Part shown: piece after piece, positions 1 to 10,045 of the stretch
Position numbering within the stretch: position 1 is the stretch's first letter
How the letters are laid out: the number at the start of each line of letters is the position of its first letter
Virus record (IMG/VR): IMGVR_UViG_2579778797_000010
Strand: one strand, 5' to 3'
Origin: a virus
Taxonomy: Duplodnaviria; Heunggongvirae; Uroviricota; Caudoviricetes
Length of the DNA stretch: 24,545 nucleotides
Notes under the pieces: generated by a model
Database searches by the model: none
Told to the model about the DNA's origin: nothing
Seen by the model: the letters and a program-made list of their open reading frames with translations, nothing else
Position numbers and translations under genes: made by a program

Positions 1-3
1 GGT

Positions 4-486
4 TCAATATTCCAGACAGACTCGCGGTTCATTTAAGCATCCATGCCCGCCCTGAACTCCGGGCACACCGTAAGTAAAATCAGCCACCCACAGCTGGTCA
101 GGACGTTCTGCCACGAACTGACGGTTTACGCGGTCGCCTGCGGCAACGGCTTTCCGGCTGATGGTCGTACGGACCTTTTTACCCCGGAGAACACCGGCAA
201 GTCCCATAACCGCCATGAGACGTGCCACAGTGCATCTGGCCACTCTGATACCTTCCCGTAACAACTGACGCCAGACTTTACGCACACCGTATACCTGGTG
301 ATTTTCATCGTATACGCGCTGTATCTCTTTCTTCAGCCAGTCATCGCGCTGCGCACGGGCACTGCGTTTATCCGGATGATGTCGTTGTTGCTGACAGTGG
401 TAATACGTTGACGGGGCAATATGCAGTTCGCTGCATAGCGGTCCGACCCCGTACTGCTCACGCAGCTTATCCAGCAGTGGCATCAT
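4..486 (-). pseudogene. IS3-family transposase OrfB, truncated (only N-terminal ~139 codons are transposase-like)
   Basis: Translation matches the IS3-family OrfB N-terminus up to QLWVADFTY (first D of the DDE motif), then diverges and stops at 4-6. Confidence 0.8.
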
Positions 487-863
487 TTTTTCCAGAGGCG
501 GTCGAACTCCGCCTTCGCAAAATAAGCGGAAGCCTGGCGAAGGATATCGTTACTGCGGCGCAGTTCACGATTTTCACGTTCCAGCTCTTTCAGACGCTGA
601 CGTTCAGCGGTGGTGAGCCCGCCATCACCGCTTCCGGTATCCCGCTCATGCTGGCGTACCCAGACACGCAGAGTCTCCGGCGTACAGCCAATCTTTGGAG
701 CAATGGAACAAATTGTCGCCCATTGTGAGTCATATTCGCCCTGACTTTCCAGAACCATACGGACTGCCCGTTGACGGACTTCGGGGGAAAAACGAGTATT
801 TTTAGTCATCCTGTTTACCTCTTTCTCAGGGAGTTTAGTCTCCAGGATTCCCGGGGCGGTTCA
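70..863 (-). mobile_element. Partial IS3-family insertion sequence (IS629/IS1203-like), distal part missing
   Basis: Minus-strand terminal inverted repeat TGAACCGCCCCGGGAATCC ends at 863. orfA and orfB overlap at 483-486. orfB similarity stops just after the conserved ADFTY motif near nt 70. Confidence 0.75.
483..809 (-). CDS. IS3-family transposase OrfA (HTH and leucine-zipper part), IS629-like
   Basis: 108-aa [22 protein letters not shown]...[33 protein letters not shown] at 807-809. Ends in GGAAAAAATGATG, where the orfB ATG overlaps the stop (typical -1 frameshift window). Confidence 0.85.
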   Translation of the reverse strand: MTKNTRFSPEVRQRAVRMVLESQGEYDSQWATICSIAPKIGCTPETLRVWVRQHERDTGSGDGGLTTAERQRLKELERENRELRRSNDILRQASAYFAKAEFDRLWKK

Positions 864-1131
864 TATAGACAATCCATCCATCGATCAGACCAATGGTCTT
901 CCCTGTTCGCGCAGGACCAACAAAAATCACCGCATCGTATTCACGCGATGCCAGGCAGTTCATGGGCTCAATGATGTAGGGTGTCAGTTCAGGATCCCAT
1001 GGCACCGAGTTACCAGCCCCCTTGGGAACACGCATGAATTTTTTAACAGCCTCCGAAATCGGCATGCGACGTGGTGGGGAAAATCCTGCCGATATGTCCC
1101 TTCCCAAATTTCGGGCTGATGAAAAACCCAT
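864..1131 (-). pseudogene. Phage terminase large subunit (lambda gpA-like), N-terminal fragment cut by IS629-like insertion
   Basis: ORF starts 8 nt after the Nu1 stop; ~89 codons read MGFSSARNLGRD...ARTGKTIGLIDGWIVY before running into the IS inverted repeat at 863. Confidence 0.55.
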
Positions 1132-1139
1132 TATTCCTC

Positions 1140-1667
1140 CTAGAGACTCTCTCCTTCCTCATCAGGAATTAATTCAGCAGCACAAGCCTCGTAGGATTTT
1201 TCCTGAAGAGTGTATCGCAGGTCATCAATTGCCTGCTGTACAACGCCGACGGCCTGAGGAGTCAGGGCGCAATCGCGTTCAAGAACATCCGGAATTGTCT
1301 CCAGAACCTGGACGACAGCCTTTCTCATGGACGAATAGACGATGACTACTTCATCAACGGGGATGAGTTTTCGCTGCTCCTTTTCCAGCTTGATCCTTTC
1401 ATTTTCAGACTGGTACCAGTCCTTTCTCTCTTTCGGCTCCATACGGGATGGATCATGAACAGAGTCTGCTGCCTCATGCTTCACACTAAACAGGGCTGGC
1501 CCGACATGCTGCAGGGCGTAAACGGGGTTCCCCCTGACAGTCGCAGCCACAGGAGTGTTGGCCGCGAGAAGCCGTTTTTTTACTGTGTCCCGGTGAAGCC
1601 CAAAGGCCTCAGCGATTTTAAAAACACTCCAGTAATAAGCATCACCGATCCCGCTCACATTTGACAT
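1140..1667 (-). CDS. Phage terminase small subunit (lambda Nu1-like; K-12 Qin equivalent is nohA)
   Basis: N-terminal HTH region resembles lambda Nu1 (YYWSVFKIAEAFGLHRDTVKKRLLAANTPV). ATG at 1665-1667 has a GGAG 6-9 nt upstream; upstream ATGs at 1677-1679 and 1695-1697 lack an SD. Confidence 0.75.
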   Translation of the reverse strand: MSNVSGIGDAYYWSVFKIAEAFGLHRDTVKKRLLAANTPVAATVRGNPVYALQHVGPALFSVKHEAADSVHDPSRMEPKERKDWYQSENERIKLEKEQRKLIPVDEVVIVYSSMRKAVVQVLETIPDVLERDCALTPQAVGVVQQAIDDLRYTLQEKSYEACAAELIPDEEGESL

Positions 1668-1839
1668 AAGCAACTCCATCTGGCAGGTGAAAATCATGTT
1701 TATTTATATATTTCAATTAATTGTAAACTGATCTAATGACAGGGAGAAAAAAATATTGTACAGGTAAAAAGAGAAATAACTTTTAATTATCAATAAATTA
1801 CCAAACATGCTGCCGCCGCCATGGAAATGCAAAAACTAG

Positions 1840-1920
1840 CCTTTTTCCGCGACGCTCCCGCCCCGTGGCAGGGGCCCCCACCGGGAGGACCCGACAGCCT
1901 GACAGCCTGACAGCCGTGAC
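1840..1920 (-). other. Candidate cos site (cosN-like GC-rich core plus tandem octamers) upstream of Nu1
   Basis: Minus strand reads GGGGCGGGAGCGTCGCGGAAAAAGGC, resembling the lambda left end GGGCGGCGACCTCGCGGGTTTTCGC, about 180-200 bp upstream of the Nu1 start. GACAGCCT GACAGCCT GACAGCC lies at 1893-1915. Confidence 0.4.
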
Positions 1921-2051
1921 GAGCATCTGATACAGCGCTTTACATAATGGCATAGGAATAATTCAGAAGGACATCACAGCATGCCCACACAAATTAGTGT
2001 GAGTGTCCTGTTTCTTCCTACGCACAGGACTGACGAGCATGAGGGGAAAAT

Positions 2052-2219
2052 ATGCGAACCATAAATGCCTCATCTTCAGCAATGCAGCCGGCATCCGAAC
2101 AGGACGATATTGTAAATTCACCTAATTACGAGGACATTGCAGTAGTTGAATTGCAGCTCTGTATTAGCCTGACAGTGACAGAATGCGATATTGACTCTGT
2201 CACAGGTGAAATAGTTTGA
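2052..2219 (+). CDS. Hypothetical small acidic protein (55 aa)
   Basis: ATG at 2052 preceded by GAGGGG; hand-translated as MRTINASSSAMQPASEQDDIVNSPNYEDIAVVELQLCISLTVTECDIDSVTGEIV. Below the ORF-track size cutoff. Confidence 0.3.
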   Translation: MRTINASSSAMQPASEQDDIVNSPNYEDIAVVELQLCISLTVTECDIDSVTGEIV

Positions 2220-2239
2220 ATGATTAGCAGTTATGGTGC

Positions 2240-2446
2240 TCAGTCAACCACCAGGGAATAATCCTTCGAATTCTTATCGTGCTTCACCAACGCTGCCTCA
2301 ATTGCCCTGAATGCTTCCAGAGACACCTGATGTTCTATACATGCAATTACAACATCCGGGTAACTCATAGAAATGGTGCTATTAAGCATATTTTTTACAC
2401 GAATCAGATCCAACGAGAGTTCATCAGCAGATTGTTCTTTATTCAT
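2240..2446 (-). CDS. Hypothetical protein (68 aa), possibly the ynfO-position gene of Qin
   Basis: ATG at 2444-2446 with GGAG 7-8 nt upstream; convergent with the 2052-2219 ORF; sits between Nu1 and the ydfO-like gene. Confidence 0.5.
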   Translation of the reverse strand: MNKEQSADELSLDLIRVKNMLNSTISMSYPDVVIACIEHQVSLEAFRAIEAALVKHDKNSKDYSLVVD

Positions 2447-2746
2447 TTTGTCGCTCCATGCGTTTGCTCGTCATCTAGCGGTTAAAATATTACTTCAAAT
2501 CTTACTGCATAAAAGAGGAAAAGTATGAAAGTTTGAGTACATCGACCTTACATACATCTGTCGGTTGCATATCCCTCCTGGATGCCAGCAAGGCTCAATT
2601 TTGTTACGCAATCAACACTATTCATTAAAAACAGGCTTAATATTTGACATAAATCATCAACAAAACACAAAGAGGTCAGACCAGATTGAAACAATAAACA
2701 CGATAATGCAAACTACGCGCCATCGTATCACATGGAAGGTTTACCA

Positions 2747-3157
2747 ATGGCTCAGGCTGCCATTTTTAAAGAAATATTCGATCAAGTGCGTAAAGATTTA
2801 AACTGTGAATTATTTTATTCTGAGCTAAAACGTCACAATATCTCACTTTATATTTACTATTTAGCCACAGATAATATTCACATTGTGTTAGAAAACGACA
2901 ACATAGTGTTAGTAAAAGGACTCAAAAAGGTTGTAAATGTTAAATTCTCCAGAAACAAACATCTTATAGAGACCTCCTATAATAAGTTGAAATCAAAAGA
3001 AATCACATTTCAACAATACAGGGAAAATCTTGCTAAAGCAGGAGTTTTCCGATGGGTTACAAATATCCAGGAACACCAAAGATATTACTATGCCTTTGAT
3101 AACTCATTACTATTTACTGAAAGCATCCAGAAAACTACACAGATCTTACCACGCTAA
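2747..3157 (+). CDS. ydfO: DUF1398-family protein (YdfO/YbcV-like)
   Basis: 136-aa ORF from the internal ATG at 2747 (GGAAGG SD upstream): [30 protein letters not shown]... Position matches ydfO in Qin. Confidence 0.6.
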   Translation: MAQAAIFKEIFDQVRKDLNCELFYSELKRHNISLYIYYLATDNIHIVLENDNIVLVKGLKKVVNVKFSRNKHLIETSYNKLKSKEITFQQYRENLAKAGVFRWVTNIQEHQRYYYAFDNSLLFTESIQKTTQILPR

Positions 3158-3308
3158 ACCATAACGTCCGGCTTCTCTCACTCCTGAGCCGGACTGCATT
3201 GGTTTAATAAAAACCATCAACAATTGTGATTTAGATATTCGGAACCATTCAAATATAACAAAACCCCGTAAAAACGAGGTTTATGGATAAATTTTATTAT
3301 TGAATACA

Positions 3309-3485
3309 TCAGATTAAATTAATCTTGACATCATAGCTTTCAAGACCCGTCATTTTTTCCCGTGCGGTAAACTGAATACTGGTAACTTCTTTCCCGGTCT
3401 TTTTCTTAAGTTCAATAATTTTTTTTGTTATATATTCAGAAATATCTGCTTCTGCTTTTGTTTTTAAGTTTTCAATATTCATCAT
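3309..3485 (-). CDS. gnsB: GnsA/GnsB-family small protein
   Basis: 58-aa ORF hand-translated codon by codon: MMNIENLKTKAEADISEYITKKIIELKKKTGKEVTSIQFTAREKMTGLESYDVKINLI. Strong AGAGGA SD. Below the ORF-track cutoff. Confidence 0.8.
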   Translation of the reverse strand: MMNIENLKTKAEADISEYITKKIIELKKKTGKEVTSIQFTAREKMTGLESYDVKINLI

Positions 3486-3653
3486 TTCCTCTTTTAGTCT
3501 GTTATGACTTTCCAGTTACACAGTAAGTCGATTATATGGTGCAAACGTGTAAAAGATAAGATGAAACATCGCAATAATCAACATACGATAGTCTAAATTT
3601 TACACAAACAGACAAAGAGAATTTTCCTGAATTATCAATACAATAGCATCAAA

Positions 3654-3884
3654 TCAACTCAAGAGCCTTATTGCTGCTTCCAGAATTTCTTCTGAAGTAA
3701 CATGTCGATCCGCGGCTACATAAATGACTTTATGATCTCCGGTCAGAGATGGAAACCCTGCGGCCATTACAGTAAGGTGTGTTTTTTCGCCATTTGGATA
3801 TTCACGCATGATGGTGTTAACTCCAGTCATCGCTGGCACTACCACTGCTGGTTCAGAGTTAAAAAAAACTATGATTTTTTTCAT
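3654..3884 (-). CDS. Hypothetical protein (76 aa) at the ynfN position between cspI and gnsB
   Basis: ORF 3654-3926 begins at a TTG; first in-frame ATG at 3882-3884 (MKKIIVFFNSEPAVVVPAMTGVNTIMREYPNGEK...). Weak SD. Confidence 0.4.
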   Translation of the reverse strand: MKKIIVFFNSEPAVVVPAMTGVNTIMREYPNGEKTHLTVMAAGFPSLTGDHKVIYVAADRHVTSEEILEAAIRLLS

Positions 3885-3928
3885 GATGTTACCGTAGTAT
3901 GTGAGTATCCATCGAATAGATACCAAGC

Positions 3929-3948
3929 AAAAAAGCTCCCGAAGGAGC
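3929..3948 (-). terminator. Possible intrinsic terminator downstream of cspI
   Basis: Short GC stem GCTCC-CGAA-GGAGC; on the minus strand it is followed by a run of six T. Confidence 0.3.
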
Positions 3949-4155
3949 CTTCATTTTCACTTTTTTAAATCCAACGACAGACGGCTGGCATTTAAGTATT
4001 GTGAAATATTATCAAATGTAATCATCATTGATTTACAAAAGATACATTTTGCCCCGAAAGGATTCATGTCAGAAACATCAAAAGATGATGTTCTATACTG
4101 GGAACCATGACAACACGGGCATCTAAAGTGAATATGGTTTGTAATATTGTCTACC

Positions 4156-4368
4156 TCAAAGCGCCACTACATGAACAGCGGCAGGACCTTTAGGTCCGTT
4201 CTCAATACCAAATTCAACTTCCTGATTCTCAGTTAATGTTTTGAAATCGTTGCTCTGAATTGCTGAGAAATGGACAAACACATCTTTGCTGCCATCTTTC
4301 GGCGTGATGAAACCAAAACCTTTTTCAGGGTTAAACCATTTCACTAAACCAGTCATTTTGTTAGACAT
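4156..4368 (-). CDS. cspI: Cold shock protein CspI
   Basis: 70-aa product [70 protein letters not shown]; ATG at 4366-4368 checked. Confidence 0.95.
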   Translation of the reverse strand: MSNKMTGLVKWFNPEKGFGFITPKDGSKDVFVHFSAIQSNDFKTLTENQEVEFGIENGPKGPAAVHVVAL

Positions 4369-4731
4369 AATTATTACCTTTTGAAGAAATTAGCCCTTGG
4401 GCAGAATGGTCCGAAAAAAAATATCAGAGAGAAAAACCAACAAGGAAATCTCAAGAGGTACAAATAATAAAATTATAACAATGACTGCTTCAGATAAATT
4501 TGTAACAAACCAGAACACCATTAACGCATGATTAACCACCCATAGCAAGGATTACTTTTGTAAAGAAAAACACAGCAATGAAAGAATAGCTTTATTTATT
4601 AATAATAACGTGTCATTCTGATTAAGACCTTTTATCTTACCCTTAAGATTTCAGGAGTTTTGGCTCATGGAAGAGTCCTTTTTATTTAAATTTTACATTC
4701 CGCGATGTAAATGTTCCGATTTAATATTACC

Positions 4732-5755
<1,024 letters not shown>

Positions 5756-5759
<4 letters not shown>

Positions 5760-6067
5760 ATATATTTATGATGAGGACGCTCGTGCTTATTGGCAGGATT
5801 TTCAATCTTAAAGGAGTACTGATGCTGCAGATAAGACTCAACTTTTTCTGACAATTTTTCTGCTACTTCCAGGAAGACTTGCCGGACGCTCCTTCTGGCT
5901 GCTGCCTCATAAAACTCCAGCGCAGCTCCTTCAACACGGTCCATGGCGACATCCAGGTCAAAAATTTCACCGTCAAAGCGTTCTTTGTCCTGTAAGGCTA
6001 CAGTTACCGTAACTTTATTCTCAAAATTACGGACTCCTTTCACAACCAGTTCATAGTCTTGAGTCAT
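5756..6067 (-). CDS. Hypothetical protein between holin and endolysin (YdfR-like, 103 aa)
   Basis: ATG at 6065-6067 with GGAGAG SD, 4 nt after the holin stop; translationally coupled to the lysozyme gene. Confidence 0.6.
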
Positions 6068-6071
6068 TGGA

Positions 6072-6287
6072 TTACTCTCCTCTCGCAGCCTTACGCCTGT
6101 CTTCTTTAATCTTGAAATAAAGATTTGTCAGATACGTCAGCAGGCCAAAAACCAGGCTACCCAGCACACCGATTGCAGCCCACTGTGACGGAGTTACTTT
6201 ATCGAGTAACTGCAATGCCCAGAAACCAGCATTACCCGCCGATGTGCCATAGGCAACACCTGTTGTTAACTTATCCATTGATTTCAT
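6072..6287 (-). CDS. Phage-21 S-type pinholin (class II holin) with dual start
   Basis: 71-aa product [71 protein letters not shown]; ATGs at 6285-6287 and 6276-6278 give the Met1/Met4 dual-start motif. Confidence 0.85.
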   Translation of the reverse strand: MKSMDKLTTGVAYGTSAGNAGFWALQLLDKVTPSQWAAIGVLGSLVFGLLTYLTNLYFKIKEDRRKAARGE

Positions 6288-6506
6288 ATCCTCACCCCGA
6301 TGTACACGGATGGTGCAATATGTTTGAAAAGATCGGAGTCTACGGGGTAGTTTTGACAGCACACGCTGTTCTCAACGGCGCTAAAGAAACATACACATTA
6401 AAAATGTGAGTAATTATTTTGAAAGAAAGTCATATATAAAATAATAATACGAGAAATGTTTTCATATTTAGTGTACTGTATACGGCCATTTATACAGGAA
6501 AAGCCT

Positions 6507-6677
6507 ATGTCAGAACGTAAAGACTCAAAATCACGCCGTAATTATCTCGTTAAATGTTCCTGCCCAAACTGCACCCAAGAGTCAGAACACAGTTTTTCAA
6601 GAGTACAAAAAGGTGCCCTTTTGATCTGCCCTCATTGCAACAAAGTATTCCAGACAAATCTTAAAGCTGTAGCCTGA
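6507..6677 (+). CDS. Small zinc-ribbon protein (56 aa; CPNC...CPHC)
   Basis: Internal ATG at 6507 with an AGGAAAAG SD: MSERKDSKSRRNYLVKCSCPNCTQESEHSFSRVQKGALLICPHCNKVFQTNLKAVA. Confidence 0.5.
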   Translation: MSERKDSKSRRNYLVKCSCPNCTQESEHSFSRVQKGALLICPHCNKVFQTNLKAVA

Positions 6678-6736
6678 TTGATTTTATTAGTAACAAGTAT
6701 TTTTTATATTTTAATAATATATTTAAAGCAGATAAT

Positions 6737-6760
6737 AAAAAACCCGCCTGAGCGGGTTTG
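6737..6760. terminator. Bidirectional intrinsic terminator hairpin (between the zinc-ribbon ORF and cspB)
   Basis: AAAAACCCGC-CTGA-GCGGGTTT: GC stem with A-run on one side and T-run on the other. Confidence 0.5.
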
Positions 6761-7040
6761 AGATTGTGGTGCTTTTTGTGGGAGTCATCCACTTACGCAC
6801 TTTGTTTTGCCATGCCAGCAGTTAGCTTCTGCTGTAAAACTATTCATGCAGCAAACCTGCACTTCACCACAATGGTTAGCATACTTTTCCTGATTAAGAT
6901 TTTGCCAAATATGCTGGCCATTGTTTCATGTATTGGACCTCCTTAATTTTTATTAAAGAAATCCAATATTCACTACTCTGTCCGTATCTCTACTCAGGCA
7001 TCAGCCTTCTTCGTTATCGTATACAGACGAGCGATGAATT

Positions 7041-7256
7041 TTAATCAGTAATGATGACATTTGCTGCTGCAGGACCTTTAGCACCACTCTCTATAGAGAA
7101 GGTAACCTTTTGACCTTCAAATAAGGTTCGATAATTATCATTCTGAATCGCAGAAAAATGCACAAACACATCTTTACTACCATCAACAGGAGAAATAAAG
7201 CCGAAACCTTTATCAGCGTTAAACCATTTTACTAAACCAGTCATTTTATTTGACAT
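7041..7256 (-). CDS. cspB: Cold shock protein CspB
   Basis: 71-aa product [71 protein letters not shown]; start and stop verified. Confidence 0.95.
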   Translation of the reverse strand: MSNKMTGLVKWFNADKGFGFISPVDGSKDVFVHFSAIQNDNYRTLFEGQKVTFSIESGAKGPAAANVIITD

Positions 7257-7556
7257 TCTACATTCCTTAACTTGAGCCTTTCGGCATAAATGGTTTGCAT
7301 AACAGAAACGACTTCGTACTTAATTGGAGAGACTCAAAGAAGGAATAAGTGAATAACACCTGAAATGAGAACTGCTTTAGTAAACTACTTCGTATATCGT
7401 CTGTTCTTCAAACCGACGCAATCATTAACGCATAGTTGAACATATGAAGCAATGTTTATTTTAGACATCCAGCCATCTTCAACCCCATCAAAAAACTATA
7501 GCTTTCTTCAGGAACGTGTGTATAGTGCGCCAAGTTATCAGTATTAAGGAATTTTT

Positions 7557-7769
7557 TTGTCCCGTAAAATGACAGGAATTGTCAAAACCTTTGACGGCAA
7601 AAGCGGCAAGGGTCTTATCACCCCATCCGATGGTCGTATCGATGTCCAGCTTCATGTTTCAGCGCTCAATCTCCGCGATGCAGAAGAAATTACCACCGGA
7701 TTACGCGTGGAATTTTGCCGGATAAATGGTCTGCGTGGCCCTTCAGCTGCCAATGTTTACCTTTCATGA
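7557..7769 (+). CDS. cspF: Cold shock protein homologue CspF
   Basis: 70-aa product [70 protein letters not shown]. First codon is TTG (7557-7559) with AAGGA upstream. Confidence 0.85.
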
Positions 7770-7823
7770 GCTATATTAAAGCTTTAATTTCAGGCCCCAT
7801 CGGATCACACATGGAGAGTTTTT

Positions 7824-7913
7824 ATGAATAACCCCGTCTGTCTTGATGACTGGTTGATTGGCTTTAAAAGCTTATGCTGTACTTTGGCCGTAATAGCTCT
7901 GCTAATAATATAA
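7824..7913 (+). CDS. Hypothetical 29-aa hydrophobic peptide downstream of cspF
   Basis: ATG at 7824 five nt after GGAGAG; hand-translated [29 protein letters not shown]; lies between cspF and the terminator hairpin. Confidence 0.3.
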
Positions 7914-8057
7914 TAAGCAGACTCATTGTGTTTAGGGACATTGTACTGGAAGAAAACATTTTAAACATCAGGCAAATAACCAAGTCACCAGCTAAATAAT
8001 AAGTTAACAGACATGAGTCCCGGGATGAGATTCAACATTACCATTGCCCCATTTAAA

Positions 8058-8095
8058 GCACAAAACCCGCTCATCAGCGGGTTTTCTACTTTTTC
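8058..8095. terminator. Bidirectional intrinsic terminator (cspF 3' end; tR'-like for the leftward late transcript)
   Basis: AAAACCCGC-TCATCA-GCGGGTTTT hairpin with T-runs on both strands. Confidence 0.55.
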
Positions 8096-8130
8096 TTAAC
8101 GTCGGGTATACAAAGCCCATCATTGAAAAA

Positions 8131-8159
8131 ATTTTATCCATATTTTTTGAAAAATGCAA
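8131..8159 (-). promoter_or_regulatory. Candidate late promoter (pR'-like) just downstream of Q
   Basis: Minus strand reads TTGCAT, 17 bp, TAAAAT; lies ~35 bp after the Q stop and ~50-70 bp before the terminator hairpin. Confidence 0.35.
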
Positions 8160-8190
8160 ACATCATGTCGCCATCTTCAGCAAAAATCAT

Positions 8191-8943
8191 TTATCTCGTC
8201 ACCTTCCTCAATTGCGCTTCCGCGTATGCTTCTTCCTGCCAGCACTTTGTTACCAGTTTACCAATGACGTCCGCATACCCCTTATACCACTGATAATCGG
8301 TCAGGTCTGGTACCAGCTTCTGGACATGACGTCGTGCCAGCGTGGTCGGTAAACGACTAAACCGGTTTCCATTACAACGCCCACAAATCTTATATACCGG
8401 TACGCCATGAAACCGGGTTCTTTTTTCATCCAGAACAATCCCTTTACCCTTACACCCTCTGCACGCTGTGCTGGCTTCGCCCTTACCATGGCAATGCTGA
8501 CATAGTTCCTTCACCCATTCTTCCTTGATTACAGATTCCCCGCGTCTGTAGTGTTTCACCACTTCGCGCAATACATTATAAAATCCCGTACCTGAACAAT
8601 GCTCACAGCGAGCCTTACTTGCCGCAGACCTGGAGTAATCAGCAAAGGCAAAACTCACGAGGTAAGGAATAATCTGTAACCGGATTTCTTCACTCAATTT
8701 GTTCAATGTCGGGTTATCCAGTGCCATCGCGTAATTTAGCAGGCCTTCAATCGCAAACTGAGGGTCCTGAACACCAACTTTTGCCAGAAATAAGGCCAAC
8801 CCAAGTGGTGCTTTCGACTGCACCATCCCCTGCGCTGCCATTACATCCGTAATTGTTAAACAACCGGTGCCTGTCGCTGGAGCGTCATCGCTCAATTTTG
8901 GAGATTTTGGGGAGTAATATTTTGGTAAGGCTTCAAGGTTCAT
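8191..8943 (-). CDS. quuQ: Late-gene antiterminator Q (QuuQ-like)
   Basis: 250 aa from the ATG at 8941-8943 (MNLEALPKYYSPKSPKLSDDAPATG...), Cys-rich zinc-binding region (CEHCSGTG, CQHCHGKG, CRGCKGKG, CGRCNG). Confidence 0.9.
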   Translation of the reverse strand: MNLEALPKYYSPKSPKLSDDAPATGTGCLTITDVMAAQGMVQSKAPLGLALFLAKVGVQDPQFAIEGLLNYAMALDNPTLNKLSEEIRLQIIPYLVSFAFADYSRSAASKARCEHCSGTGFYNVLREVVKHYRRGESVIKEEWVKELCQHCHGKGEASTACRGCKGKGIVLDEKRTRFHGVPVYKICGRCNGNRFSRLPTTLARRHVQKLVPDLTDYQWYKGYADVIGKLVTKCWQEEAYAEAQLRKVTR

Positions 8944-8956
8944 GCTCGTTCTCCAC

Positions 8957-10045
8957 TTACGCCAGTACGCCAATTGCCAGCGCGCGATCGATAAAACGAA
9001 ATATCAGCTCCAGTTGGGAGCCATACTTATCTTCAAATGCCACTGTATCCGTATGCAGCTCGTTGTGATGCTTTCTGCACAAAGGCAACACAAAGAGATC
9101 ATGTGCTTTTGTTCCCATTCCGCCCTGCCCGTGACCAATCAGATGATGCGGATCGTCGGCTGGCATACCGCAGCAAGCACACGGCTGTGTCTTAACCCAA
9201 CGTGTGTATTTCTCCTTAACCCAGCGGCGACGTTTAGGCAGCTTCATGAAAGATTCCGGAGACTCTGGATCAACGGTGATGCTTACCACCGTCTTTTCCT
9301 GTGGTGATTTTTGTTGCTGGTGGGCGTAAGGCAACGGTGCAAGATTTTTTGTGCGTTGTTTCAATATGCTGGTGGCGGTCTGCTCTCCCGGTACGATGTC
9401 GCTTTCGCGGTACACCGAGCAGATTTTTTCCGCTGGTAATCCCAGCGAACGACGCGATACAGCCTCAGGTAGTGCATCCACCACCTGATTGCAGACCGCC
9501 CACCAGGATAATTCAGCCAAAGATAATTCCCGCTCCTGCGTACCGCTTATTGCGTGACGGATGACGTCAATCACCCATGCTGTCAGATTTTGTTGAGCAA
9601 GCAGCTCCAGTGATTCCGATGTCTGGTCACGCAGTTGGTTGTCGCAGTGCCAGCACAACACCATTGCGCCGGTACCATAACGGTGAATGACTGTTTCAGT
9701 GTGATGGTAATCGCCATTAGGCCACTGGCAGGATGTAACATGACGTAATAGCCAGTCGGACAATGCGCCAACGCCGCCAGCAGCACGAATCACCCGTTCG
9801 TTACTAAAAAACGGCAGCAATGTTTTGTCTTCCGCCAGCGGCTGGCGAACGGCAGGAACGACTCCGGATGGCAGATTACGCATGCTTTTTGGTTCCGGTT
9901 CCACCAGCACTCGAGGATTATGAAATATCTGTATGGATTCACGGCCCGGCTTAAGGACCACCAGCCCAAGCTCAGGCACCAGAACAGGTCTAAGTAATAC
10001 CCGCACGTTACCTCCAGATCCGTTGCTGGAAAGTGCGGGACGCAC
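8957..10045 (-). CDS. ydfU: DUF968-family prophage protein (YdfU-like) with HNH-like Cys/His motif
   Basis: 362-codon ORF (start uncertain); C-terminal CACCGMPADDPHHLIGHGQGGMGTKAHD...CRKHHNELH motif; position between rem and Q as in Qin. Confidence 0.7.
   Translation of the reverse strand: MRPALSSNGSGGNVRVLLRPVLVPELGLVVLKPGRESIQIFHNPRVLVEPEPKSMRNLPSGVVPAVRQPLAEDKTLLPFFSNERVIRAAGGVGALSDWLLRHVTSCQWPNGDYHHTETVIHRYGTGAMVLCWHCDNQLRDQTSESLELLAQQNLTAWVIDVIRHAISGTQERELSLAELSWWAVCNQVVDALPEAVSRRSLGLPAEKICSVYRESDIVPGEQTATSILKQRTKNLAPLPYAHQQQKSPQEKTVVSITVDPESPESFMKLPKRRRWVKEKYTRWVKTQPCACCGMPADDPHHLIGHGQGGMGTKAHDLFVLPLCRKHHNELHTDTVAFEDKYGSQLELIFRFIDRALAIGVLA

Noticed and set aside
43-728. ORFs on the strand opposite the IS629-like transposase genes (43-261, 126-308, 408-728)
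   Set aside because: Shadow ORFs antisense to orfA and orfB.
1893-1915. Tandem GACAGCCT octamers as a microsatellite or phase-variation tract
   Set aside because: Only 2.5 copies, located in the presumed cos region rather than in a coding sequence or promoter; better explained as part of the packaging site.
6072-6362. 96-aa extended version of the holin ORF
   Set aside because: The upstream extension has no holin-like sequence; the conserved dual-start MKSM begins at 6287, giving the 71-aa pinholin.
8044-9786. Multiple ORFs overlapping the Q and ydfU genes on either strand (8044-8352, 8301-8489, 8853-9068, 8942-9307, 9301-9564, 9583-9786)
   Set aside because: All lie inside or antisense to well-supported genes and have non-protein-like composition; treated as shadow ORFs.
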